The notes under the pieces: generated by a model | Database searches by the model: none | The model's input: the letters and a program-made list of their open reading frames with translations, nothing else | Told to the model about the DNA's origin: nothing | NCBI GenBank assembly: GCA_017654855.1 | Contig: CM030333.1 | Coordinates: forward strand, 2,418,001-2,482,000 | DNA length: 64,000 nt | Direction: 5' to 3' | From: Podospora anserina | Lineage: Eukaryota | Part shown: positions 1-11,562 of the stretch, piece after piece | How positions within the stretch are numbered: the first letter of the stretch is position 1 | How the letters are laid out: each line of letters begins with the position of its first letter | Translations under genes and position numbers: made by a program

Positions 1-2075
1 CCAGGATCGTCATGTAACTCGTGGCAGACATCATGTCTTCAGTCTTGATCGCATCGGTGGGCAACGACCCTTCCATCAAGCGCGCCGATGTGTCTCCTCT
101 CTTCCTCCTGCGGACCGGAGTCTCCGTCTTGTCGTCTGTCCGGGCAGCCGTTGCGGGGGAGATGGGCGCCTCAGGAACCTGGAGGGAGGACTGGGAGCGG
201 CGCAAGTCATCCATGTTATAAAATCCAAGCACTGCGATGTTGGGCCTCATGCCCCCTAGGCCTGCAGACAAGATCAGGTTTCTGACACCCCAGGTGATGG
301 ATGGAGACATGGCGAGCTGCACAAAGGCCTTGATCCTTGAGTATTCGGAGATGTACTTGGACCAAGCCGTTTGTTGCATCTTGGCCTCGTTGACGCCCAT
401 GGTGAAGTCGTCAGTGACGATGACATGGCCGAGGATGTAGAGGGAGCCCTTCTTCATCGAGTTGCAGAACTGAATAAGGCGGGTTTGCCGTCTCGGGTTA
501 TTGATGAGCAGGATGATCTGGGGTCTCCAGAACTTGATGTGCTCGGGCTTGAGACGTAGCAGGTACTTGCGCACTTGATGATAGATCAAGTTTTGCGAAA
601 CGTCACCCCAGTGCTTGGGGGGACTCAGATAGTGAATCAGCAGGAACAAAAAGACCAAGAGGCAGACGGCCGTGGTGGCATAGGTCTCATCAATAAAGAA
701 CATGGCAGCGGCCGAGAGGATGCTGCCAATGAAGGCCGTTTGCCAGTTGAAGAATTTGAAGCCCGGTCTGAAGTTGGGCGCCGAGCCAATCTTGAGAAGG
801 AAACACGCAAGATTCATGACGAAGAAGGTCATCTGCTCACAGTCAGAATTCTTCCCTCACTCAATGACGGCAGCCTGTTCTCACCTGATATCCCATGGAG
901 ATCAAGGTGGCGATCTGGTTAAGGTTGGCAAACATGGCCATCTGGGCACATATGTAGGTCAAAAAGATGGCAACGATAGGCTCGTCCGCCTTTTTCGTCC
1001 CCTTGCCGAATACTGACAGACCCGGGAATAACTTGTCTCTGGCGAGAGCTTGCATGAGCTTTGCAGAGCCAATCACTCCCATGAGGGCCGAGAAGAAGGT
1101 CGTGGCGAACTCTCCGGCAAAGATGATGGGAGGGTAGACATTTGTTTCCTGAATAACGTTGCCGTTCCGGAGAAACGAGCTGTGAGTTGTGCTAGACGCC
1201 AAAGAAAAGATCACCAGCAAGTAGGCAATGAGGGTCGAGAACATGGCCCATAGTGTTCCACGAGGAATGGATTTGCTGGGGTTTCGAAGGTCTCCCGACA
1301 TGGACGCACCGGCAAAGATACCCGAAGTTGCCGGAAACAAGACACCGAAGAGACTTCTAAAAGTATCAAAACCGGCATACTCCATGCCGGTAGTGTGTGG
1401 AAAGAGGTTTGCCTTCAGGGTTGCAAGACTCACGCCCGTGAACTCGATCCCCTTGTCCGCATCAATGAAGGCTGGGTTGAACACGGCTGAGAAGGGGATG
1501 CTGAGGATGGCGACGACAAGCACCACCAGAAGCGCGTTGCTGGCTTTGGCAAAGATGGAGCTTCCAGCAAGGCAAAGCCCAGTGCACACCACCAGAGCAA
1601 CCGTCTCAAAGAGATAGTCCCACCAGTATCCATGGGGCATGACATCGTAAAAGTTGAGTTTAATGCAGTCAATAAGACCGACAACGTTGAGGGCCGTGTT
1701 CAAGACCTGAGCGAGGTAGAAGAGCAGGCCGATAGAGCCGCCGAACTCGGGACCGAGAGATCGTGAGATGAGGTAGTAGGCACCTCCGCCCTTGACCTCT
1801 CCATTGGAAGCAATAGCGGAGAGCGAAAGAGTGGTCACAAAGTCTACGAGATAGGCAACGAGAAGCAGGCCTGCGAGGCAGATTAGCTTCCTGGGCGGCC
1901 GTCCATATCATGTCCATAAGCTGTACGCACCAAGCATGCCCAGTAGGCCGATTTGTCCAAGAATGAGACCGAATCTCAAGAACATGAGAATGCTGAGAAT
2001 ATTGAGGCATACCGGGATGTAGACGCCGGACGTGACGCCGAGCTTGGTCCTCTTGTTGAGGGCTTCGGGTTCCAT
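1..2075 (-). CDS. VHC1: Cation-chloride cotransporter (SLC12 family, Vhc1-like vacuolar transporter), 5' part; continues beyond the window start
   Basis: ATG at 2075 gives MEPEALNKRTKLGVTSGVYIPVCLNILSILMFLRFG. GT-AG introns at 1930-1871 and 884-833. SLC12 motifs LSLSAIASNGEVKGGGAYYLISRSLGPEFGGSIG, FPATSGIFAGASMSGDL and APNFRP are present. Confidence 0.92.
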
Positions 2076-3820
2076 GATGGCGGTGTTAGGTAGATATCAT
2101 GTGTGAGCTGAGGGGATGAGATCGTTCAAAGAAAAGGTAGAAAGAAGAGGTCATAAAGATCATCAGAACATGCCACTCATGTCACGCTCTCCGTCCCCGC
2201 CGTGAGAGTTGAAGAGGAAGCGAAGAGGGAGGAAGAGGTCAGGGTCCTGACCAGCGCCGATAGCCTAGATGTAAGAAGTACCCCACAGCCCGCATTGCTT
2301 GAAAGGTCATCGGCAAACGGTTGCAATGGCGCAGATCATGCGGTGGGGAAAGTGGACAGAAGTGCAGGAAATGGAGACGATGGTCTGAGGTTGTCGCAAG
2401 ATAAGTGCTGTTCAAGGTTGGCCCTCGAATGTCGCGATATCTGCTGGAAAGATCCCCGCGCCGGAAGAGGCTCGAGGCTCGTGTTAGGAGTGGTTCTTGT
2501 CCGACAATCGCTGGCTATTAATTGGAGGACGGCGACGTCATTCGATACAAGCGATGTACCCAACAACAGGCAGCTTTGGAGCCATTGACGAATGCCTTTG
2601 AGCTGGCGCTGTTCATGGTCGGTCGCGACTTTGAGCTCGAGAGACTTGGCACTTGGCAGTAAACACCAACGATGGCGGGGTGGTTGATAGGGTGCTATCT
2701 CAGACAGGACTAAGATGTTGGTAAAATTTGTTAGCGCACCACCATCAACAGCCTAGACCCAAATTCAAGATCCACCCCAACCTCTCTTTGAAAGAGGGGT
2801 TTGATACAGAGACGGTGCGATTCCTATCGCTCCCTGTCGTCTTTTACGTGTAGCCGTTGCATCGGTCTACCTGATGGGTAAGGGTTGGTTGGTTCCCTCA
2901 ACATCCGGCCTTTTAAAGCATCGGATGCGGACAGATATGTTGAGACTGCTGCATATCTGGTGTCTGGCCAAGGTCCATAGACTTTCTCCGCACTCCTCTC
3001 TCTTGTGGCTCGGTTTGGATAGCCCCTTTACAGATTCAAAGAGAGAGAGAGAGAGAGTAGGTATGCAACAGTTGAAGAAATGTTGGAGAGGCTGGTTGAC
3101 ATCGGTATCCATGGTGGCTCAGTCCAGTCTGTGCTCAGGAACGGCCCTGGTTATCAAGGTGTCAACGGATGTTCCCTGCTGAAGTTGTATGTCAACAAAG
3201 CCTTGGGGCAGATAGTAGTCCTCAACAACTGACATAATCCAATCGAGAAACAGGTAAATAATCCATATTCATATGTAGGTAGCCATATCCATATGATGCG
3301 TCACAGCGAGCCAAAGTTGGACAGCTTGGAATTGTGTGGGCAGGTGACTGTGGTTCAGGGTCCAGGCTGTTTCACGCAGCGGAGTGTGGGGGCCTTGCTG
3401 GTTGGTGGGCCCGGCGGAAGCCGCTCAACACCGTCAAGCTCCAACTGCTGTCAGCAGGCCGCCCACTGCCGCTGATTGTCTTGCCCCCAATTCGTTCCTT
3501 ATCGCTGGTGTTGAGGTCACAAGCCCATCCCACGCCGTCGAGAGAGAGAGAGAGACTCATCAACCGCCCAGCCTATCCGTACCATCCCCTCTTTTCCCCC
3601 GGACCGTTGTCCTCTTCCCAAACGTTGACGGCAAAAATCAATTGCTACCTCGAACCATCCTATCGAGTCTCGAACCGTTGTTTGTCTCGAGTCCCACGAA
3701 GCGGCGTTTGCGGCGTTCGCTCAGTTCACCGACGAGGTCAGGTCACCAACACCAGATACCCAACCTTTTTTTGCTCCAAGACATGAGATAGAAAGTGGTC
3801 ACACATCATCATAGATCATC

Positions 3821-6178
3821 ATGTCAAATACCGGAAGGGATTCTCCGGCTCCGGCTCCTATACCTCAAGTCTCGACTTCACCCGGCTCGTTTCGTGCCAG
3901 GTCTTTCGTTGGCTCGATCCCACGCGCATCATCCACTGCTCGACTTGCCTCACCGGCTCGCCCATACAATGGCTATGGCACACCTCCTGCCGCACAAACC
4001 TCACCACCACTAGGTGATAAGGGAGATTCAGACAGTTTGGCGCCTCTGCCTGGGCCTGGCTCGCACGCTGCTGGCCCAGGTATCTCGGCGCTGGCTGCGG
4101 CATTGTCCCAGTCGATAGGCACTTCACCACCGCGTTTCGGCACGCCTCCTGTTCGAGCCCTTTCGCCCGTCCCGAACCGCTCCCTTTCTCCTGCTCCTGG
4201 GGCAGCGCCATTCCCAGCGTCGGGTACTTCGCCATATCATGGCTCCTTTGACGCAAGGCGGAATTATTCCGGCGCGTATGAGGACCCCGAAATTGTCAAG
4301 AGGCACTTGGTTCAGCCAGGCGATGCTGGGTCCGATGACGGGTCGAGGAAACTCAGCGATGGCTCCAAGGGAAAACAGCCGGCAGAAGATGACTTTGACG
4401 ACGAGTTTTCCAGTCTGAAACTGCAGGGCGGTGACATCACTAGGCCAATATACAAATGGACCGAAGAGGTGGAACAACGAAACAAGATGCAGCGCAGCAA
4501 GAGCTTCAGCACACCGCGGCCGGATCCTGAAAACGAGACGCTTGATATCAACACCATCAAGGTTCCCGGAGGCTTCAGACGCAACTTCCTGAGGCGCGCG
4601 GCCGGGGATGGACCAGTCAACCCGGATGACACCGAGTACGGCGCAGGACCGAGCGACCGACAGCAGCCGCCGAAACTCTTTACCAACAGCTTCCTCGAGT
4701 TTCTCTCTCTCTATGGCCACTTCGCCGGTGAAGAACTCGAGGAGGATGACGAGGTGCTCAAACCTGGCGAGTACTTCACGTCGGGCAGCGAAAGTAACCT
4801 GTTCGATGACGATACAGAGGACGAGCATGAGCCAATGGAAGACAGCGCTTTGCTGCCACCATCCCGGCGGAAGAGAAGGAGAAAGGAGCGAGGTGGAAGC
4901 GGGACAAACAGTCCCATGGGCGCGGCGCTGCTGCTTCTCAAGTCCTTTGTGGGAACTGGTGTTCTATTCCTGCCTCGTGCCTACCTCAATGGTGGCATGC
5001 TCTTCAGCAACTTGGTTCTGCTGTTTGTAGCCGCTCTGAGCTACTACTGCTTTGTTTTGCTCGTCAATACGAGATTGAGGGTCGAGGGCTCGTTTGGTGA
5101 TATTGGTGGCATTCTCTACGGCAAATGGATGAGGAATCTCATCCTCTTCTCGATCGTTTTGAGCCAGATCGGCTTCGTTGCTGCTTACATCGTCTTCACC
5201 TCAGAGAACTTGCAGGCATTCATCTTGGCTGTGACGGATTGCAAGACGCACATTCCGATCACCTGGCTGATTGTCATGCAGATGGTGATCTTTTTGCCAT
5301 TCTCTCTGCTTCGCGATATTGGAAAGCTGGGCTTCACGGCTCTCATCGCCGACGCCTTCATCCTCATCGGTCTGGCCTATCTGTTTTACTACGACATTCT
5401 GACGCTCAACACCCAAGGTTTGGCAGACATTGTCATGTTCAACCAGAAAGACTGGACCCTCTTCATCGGCACGGCCATTTTCACCTTTGAGGGCATTGGT
5501 CTTATCATTCCCATCCAGGAATCCATGCGCAACCCTACCAAGTTCCCCAAGGTCATGGGTATTGTGATGATTATCATCACCACTCTCTTTGTCGTCATGG
5601 GCGCGGTTTCGTATGCCGCCTACGGATCCAAGACTGAGACGGTGGTGTTGCTCAACCTTCCGCAGGACGACAAGATGGTCAACGGTGTACAGTTCTTGTA
5701 TTCATTGGCTATTCTGCTTTCGACTCCCCTCCAGATCTTCCCGGCCATCAGAATCACGGAGAATGCGCTCTTCACCAAGAGCGGCAAGTACAACCCGTAT
5801 ATCAAGTGGCAAAAGAACGTGTTCCGCTTCTTCGTGGTGGCGTTCTGCGCTCTGATCGCCTGGGGAGGAGCCGACAGTCTGGACAAGTTTGTGGCGCTCG
5901 TTGGTAACTTTGCCTGCATCCCGCTGGTGTACATCTATCCTGTAAGTTCTGATGATTCTTCATCTTCTTAAAACTCTGGCTGACGAGATATACAGCCGAT
6001 GTTGCACTACAAGGCAGTGGCCAAGACGGCGTTCCGCAAGTGGTCCGATATCCTGCTCTGCATCTTTGGATTCGTGGCCATGGCCTACACCACCAGCTTG
6101 ACGGTCATGAGCTGGGCCTCGGGATCCGAAGGAGGCGGTGCTCCGGGTTACTGTGACTCGAAGGGGCACGCCTTCTGA
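3821..6178 (+). CDS. AVT3: Vacuolar amino acid transporter (Aa_trans/AAAP family, Avt3/Avt4-like)
   Basis: Long Ser/Pro-rich N-terminus with LQGGDITR, PGGFRR and FLEFLSLYGHFAGE, then a TM domain with LLLKSFVGTGVLFLP and FTFEGIGLIIPI. Intron 5942-5995 (GTAAGT..TACAG); last exon PMLHYKA..GHAF* ends at TGA 6176-6178. Confidence 0.93.
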
Positions 6179-7028
6179 ATGACCACACAAACACAGACTT
6201 GTGCACATACGACATGACATACACACGAGACACACACACCACACACATACACGAACAGCCTTGCTTTCTCTGTTTTGAATAACTGTTTAGCGTCAATCGT
6301 CATGGTTGAATCATAGCACTATGCAGGGTAGGAGGGTTATGGAGTGGGAGGGCAGGTCGTTTTGGAGAAGGGTGTTTTATTTTTATTTTGTTTTATCTTT
6401 TAGGGTTGCATCATTGGTATTACTTGGTAGATTCTATTTGCTTCAACTAGAGCAGCGTGTAAGACATGTAGGTAGTTAGGTAGTAGACCACATACATCAG
6501 ACTTTGGGGGGGGTTGGGTTGGGAGGGTTGTAATGTGATTTGCTGAGGAACCAGACTGAATTTCGGCGGGCGAGGGATGTTAATACATTGATTGGTCTTC
6601 AAATAACCATGATTTAATCTGAGCTGCTTGGTGCAAGTGAATGAATATAAAGGTAGAAAAAGGAAGGATCCATGGATCTGGAACAATGGGGCGTGTTGAG
6701 TGCACGGGCCACGCGTTTGCCTCTTTCTTGTGAACCTTGAGTGGAAGTGAATCAGTCTTTGGTTTACAACTTCATCAAAACATCATTCACATTACATTCG
6801 CCATCGCATCTTTTTTTGCTATCTTGGTTTGCTTTGAAAGGGATATACCGTACACTTTAAAGAGAGTTTTACATCGGTTTTCTTTGCGGCACACACACTT
6901 CTTTTGATCAACGGGATCTTTTCTTAGCGGGTTGTTAATCACCAGTCACGATGAACGCCCCAGACAGGTAAGCTTTTTGGGTTTGATGAATTCACTTTTG
7001 TTTTGTTGCACAAACACACTACCTTTTG

Positions 7029-7116
7029 GGGGATGAGGATGAGGATGAGGATGAGGATGGGGATGGGGATGGGGATGGGGATGGGGATGGGGATGGGGAT
7101 GGGGATGGGGATGGGG
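7029..7116. repeat. Hexanucleotide microsatellite GGGGAT(GAGGAT)4(GGGGAT)9
   Basis: Directly visible tandem array; it explains the spurious (HP)n and (IP)n ORFs. Confidence 0.97.
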
Positions 7117-7505
7117 AGGGGAGTAGTTTGGCGTGTTTGATTGGAAATGGGACATGGTGGAGGATGGGTGGAAAACGGCGGCGGTGTTGATGTTAGGGGT
7201 GATGGGATGGTGTTTCCACTTGGACGTTCAACCTCAGGGGGACACAACTTGGCCATTTCAGGGGGGCCATATCGACAACATGAGGAAGGAGCGATTTTGG
7301 ACAGGGCAGGGCAGTTGCTCCTTCCCATTGTCAAGATTGGCAAGATGTCGGGGTGGATCAATGGACACTGCCACTGCGACACAAATTCACAACAACACAA
7401 CAATAAGGCGACAAATTTACAAATGCCCAATTATCACCATCGCAACATCCACCACCCCCGTCTACATATCCCATTCCATCTATCCATTCCACCAACCATC
7501 AAAAG

Positions 7506-8113
7506 ATGTCCAACCCCGCCAGCTCCGACAACATACCCAACCGGTATGAACGTATCGATTTCCATCCAGGCCTTCACTTTCCTCGCCAATCTCACCATCA
7601 TCCTGTCAACCCAAGTTTACTAATAGTTTTTTCTCTCTCTCACACACAGATTCGAACTTTTCCTCTTGGGAGAAGGCGAGAAGAAGATCGCCGAGACGGT
7701 GGTGAACAGTATGTTTGCTCTTTTTGGTCTGCTGTTACCACTTTTTGCTAACAGAAAACAGGCATCCCCAATTGCTCCGACTTTCTCATGAAAAAGGAGG
7801 ACCACACGATCGGGAACCTGCTCGCGGAGCATCTGAAGAAGGATCCGCAGGTCATGTTTGCTGCTTACAAGAGTATGTTTCCCTTCCTCAACGGGGGTAT
7901 GAGGGCCAATATTGATGGCAATTAGTTGGACATCCTAACGTCCCCGAGGTGCTGCTTCGCATCCAGACCAACGGCGACATCAACCCCCGCGAGGCGCTCG
8001 TCAAGATCCTCAAACAGCTTGTTGCTGCGTATGGGCAGTTGGGCAGGGAGTTTCAGAAGGAGTTGGCGCTGAGGCAGTATGCGGATCAGGGGGAGGGGGC
8101 TGGGGGGGTTTGA
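7506..8113 (+). CDS. RPB11: RNA polymerase II subunit RPB11
   Basis: Four exons splice (donors GTATGA, GTATGT, GTATGT) to [71 protein letters not shown]..EFQKE. The KEDHT.GNL and FAAYK.HP signatures are present. Confidence 0.95.
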
Positions 8114-8417
8114 GTGGTTCAACAAGGTGCGGATGGGTTGGAATGAAGGGGGGAAATGGTGTTTGCTTTGGTTGAGAGAAGAAAGTCTTGGTGGAGGGGA
8201 TGAAAGGATAAAATATAATTTAGGGGAGGGGGTTTTCTCTCCATGTTTATTAGCATACAGCGGTAATCATTGCCAAGGCGTTGATGCTGGGTGTGGTTGA
8301 AGGTGGTATCAATGTTGGTGCGAACTTTTCCATCTCATAGTTCAACTATTCTGGCCCTTCTCTTCTTAAAAAGCCTTGTTCTGTCACCCCGGTTATGCTT
8401 TGTGTGTTTGATTGTCA

Positions 8418-8941
8418 TCATGGCGAACCACCCGCTCCGCCGGGCCCTTCTCCTCCTGGGATCAACTGTCATTTTTCCCTCATCAGCACCTGCCGGGATG
8501 GTAATCATATCAGGGGGACAAACCATGCAGATGTTGTTGCCGTTGAGGAGGATCTTCTTGAGTTGGGTGTTGTTGCCAGAGTAGTCGAATTCTGTCACGT
8601 CTTCGAGGACCATGTCTGTCTTTTATCAGATCCGCTTCTTGTATGGAACGGGAAGGAGGATGGAAAGGTGGGTTTACGTACTGACGTAATCATCGAAGCC
8701 GACGAGGGTGCCGGAGAATTCTAGGTCTTGTTAGTTATGTGAGTTGGTAGGGTGTGGGAGGTGGTGGTAAGGGGGAGAGAGAGAGGTACCCTTGTCGCCT
8801 TTCATGATGACCCAGATGCGGGAGCCGACGCACTTGTCGATGAGTTCTGCCTCACAACAACCAACATTAGCAAGTGTTTTTGGGATTGGTGGGAGGAAAG
8901 GGGGGGAAGGTAACACCGAGGGGGAGGAGTTGGGAGGCCAT
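8418..8941 (-). CDS. LSM5: U6 snRNA-associated Sm-like protein Lsm5
   Basis: Five exons (introns 8916-8847, 8789-8721, 8681-8616, 8523-8466) give [79 protein letters not shown]. Confidence 0.96.
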
Positions 8942-9383
8942 TTCTTGTTTCTGTATCTTGGTCTCGTTTGATGTTTGTTGGTTCAATGTGAGTGGGTTGG
9001 ACATGAGTTTGAGTTGAAGCAATAAGCAGTTGTGTGAGGTGGGCGAGCTTGAGCTGTAGTTGCTGTCTTGGCAAAGTCATAATTACCGTATTTCGGTTAC
9101 AGTATGCAAGTCCCGTGATATCGCGTAAAGCACTCACCCTCGTGCTTCGGTAGTTGCATATTGGTCGATCCATCCTTCTCCAAACTGAACAACCTACCCC
9201 AAATTCAACCCCAACCCGCCCAAACTTCGGCTCCCGGCGAGCATTTCTCCAATCGCTACCTTTTGGGAAGAACTGCCCCTCCTTTTTAACTCTTTACCTG
9301 TATGGATAGCGCGTTTGTCGTGCTGCAGTGTTGCCTAGATTGTGGACCATGGCACTGGCACACATGACGCGACTTCTCCTATC

Positions 9384-11231
9384 ATGTTTTCTTCGATCAA
9401 GTCCTCCTCGTCTAACACTGTGAGACGTTTGGTGGGGAATAGGTATTTGTAAGTCTTTTCATCGTTGGGTCAAGGATTTTGGGCCTGACTCAGGTTGCAG
9501 CTATACCACTGTGAGATGTGCTGCTGGAAGGGGCAGGATGGGTGGGAGAAACCAGCAAGTATGGGATTCTAGCAGGGGGGTTGTTTTTGCTGGGCAGAGC
9601 AGGGGGTTTACGCCTTCTCTGATGAGACCAACTGAGGCTGGGGAGCGGACGACGGTGGAGAGGGAGACTTTTGAGAAGAGTGTTGAGGAGGGAGGGGAGG
9701 TTGCTGAGGAGAGGGTGGAGGTGAAGGTTGAAAAGGTCGAGACTGTCGGTGTTACGGGCGAGGAGGGACAGGAAAAGGCTGAGGATGGGGAGAAGAAGGT
9801 TGAAGGTGGGGAGAAGGAAGAAAAGCGCGAGGAAGAAGTCCTCACACCACCACACACACCCCTCGACTACAAGATCCCCGACGACATCTTCCTCGCAGCC
9901 AAGAAAGCCCCCGAGGGCTCACCGAAATCCTACTGGAGCTACCAAATGTACCGGGGGCCTCAAAATCTAAGGCCAAAGGTCCATTACTGCACCACCCAGA
10001 CCGTCGCCGAGCGCGTCATCCAGAGATATTTCCTCAACGAGCCACTGCTAGGATTCGACCTTGAATGGATGGCAGACGCTCTGCCATGGCACGGGGCGAG
10101 AAAAAACGTCTCGCTTATACAAATCGCGTCACCAACCCGGATTGCCCTTTTTCATGTGGCCCTCTATCCTAAAAGTAAACCCCTCGCCACGCCTCTTTTG
10201 AAGAAGATATTGGAGGATCCAAAAATCACCAAGGTCGGCGTTTGGGTCATGGGCGACGCCAGTAAAGTGCAAAGGTATCTCAAGATCACCCCAAGGGGAC
10301 TGTTCGAACTGAGCCACTTGTACAAGCTGGTCAAATATTGCGAGAGCGGGGAGCACAGCCTCATCAACAAGAAGCTGGTCAGTCTTGGGAAGCAAGCCGA
10401 GGAGGTGTTAAAGCTGCCATTATACAAAGAGCTTGATGTTCGAACAAGCAACTGGTTACAGTCGCTGCGGCTCGATCAAATCATATGTAAGCCCCCCCCC
10501 CCCTCCCACCGCCTCCTTTTGCTCTACTTTTCCAAAACTAACACCTCCCGGCAGACTCAGCCTCAGACGCCTACGCCGGCGTCCAAATCTACTCCATGCT
10601 CAACCACCAACGCCTCCAACTCTCCCCCAGCCCTCCCCTCCCCCACCCCGCCGAACTCAAACTCCCTATTGAACTCCCCGATCACACCGTCCTCCCCCCC
10701 TCGACAGAAACGGACGAAATAGAAATGACGCCCGCCGAAGCCGTATCCGATCCAAAACTCACCACCACCACCACCACCACCAAAAAGCCACGGGAATCCT
10801 CCACCTTCAAAAAGGAAAAGCACCCCCTCGTCCGCGAAGCCGACATGTGGCTAGCACAATACTTTGTCTCCCACCCCCAACCGGCAAACGCCACCAGCGC
10901 CACGGCCGTCATGCCCTCCCACCTGAGGGCGTATTACATCTGGCATCACAACCCAGAGCAGAGCATACAAGACATCTGCGCCCTGCTCCGCGACCCGCCG
11001 CTGCAGGTGGCGACGGTGGAGAATTACATCTTCAAGGCTATCAAGCGGGCTGGTGTGCAGTATGACAAGGCGAGGGTGATCGAGATGCTGGAAGCGAAAA
11101 GGCAGGCTGCGGCACCGGGGGCGAAGTTTTTCGAGTCCGAGTTTCTAAGCAAGTTGAAGAAGGAGGAGGAGGCAGCGATGGAGGAGACGGTGATGGAGGA
11201 GACGAGGAGGGAGGATAGTGTTGTTGTGTAA
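9384..11231 (+). CDS. DEDDy 3'-5' exonuclease (WRN/EXD2/Mut-7-like)
   Basis: ExoI LLGFDLEW, VSLIQIAS, ExoII KVGVWVMGD and VRTSNW..L..DQII/YSASDAY (ExoIII, joined by an intron at about 10487-10554). The 5' exon 9384-9442 and intron 9443-9500 are inferred, so the start is less certain than the core. Confidence 0.85.
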
Positions 11232-11562
11232 AATGGGCTATACAATACAACAAAAGGTTGGCAGAGAAGGAAAAGCTTGTTTGGAAAAGAAAGTGTAAAA
11301 CTGAGAAAACAAAGTCTATGATATGAATGGGGAAACAGAACGTTTCGCCTCGGGGGGCCCTAGAAAATAGGCATAACATCACTGTGGAGACACCATTGAC
11401 CTCGATTACGATAATAACAAATCACATCAAACCAGATGCAAAAACAACCCACAATTCAAACTTGGTATACATTTCAAATAATCAATCACCTACTATGGGT
11501 ATAACCTCCCTCTTACTATCTCTCTCTCTTTCCGCCCCCCATCACCTCCTTGCTCCCTCCCC

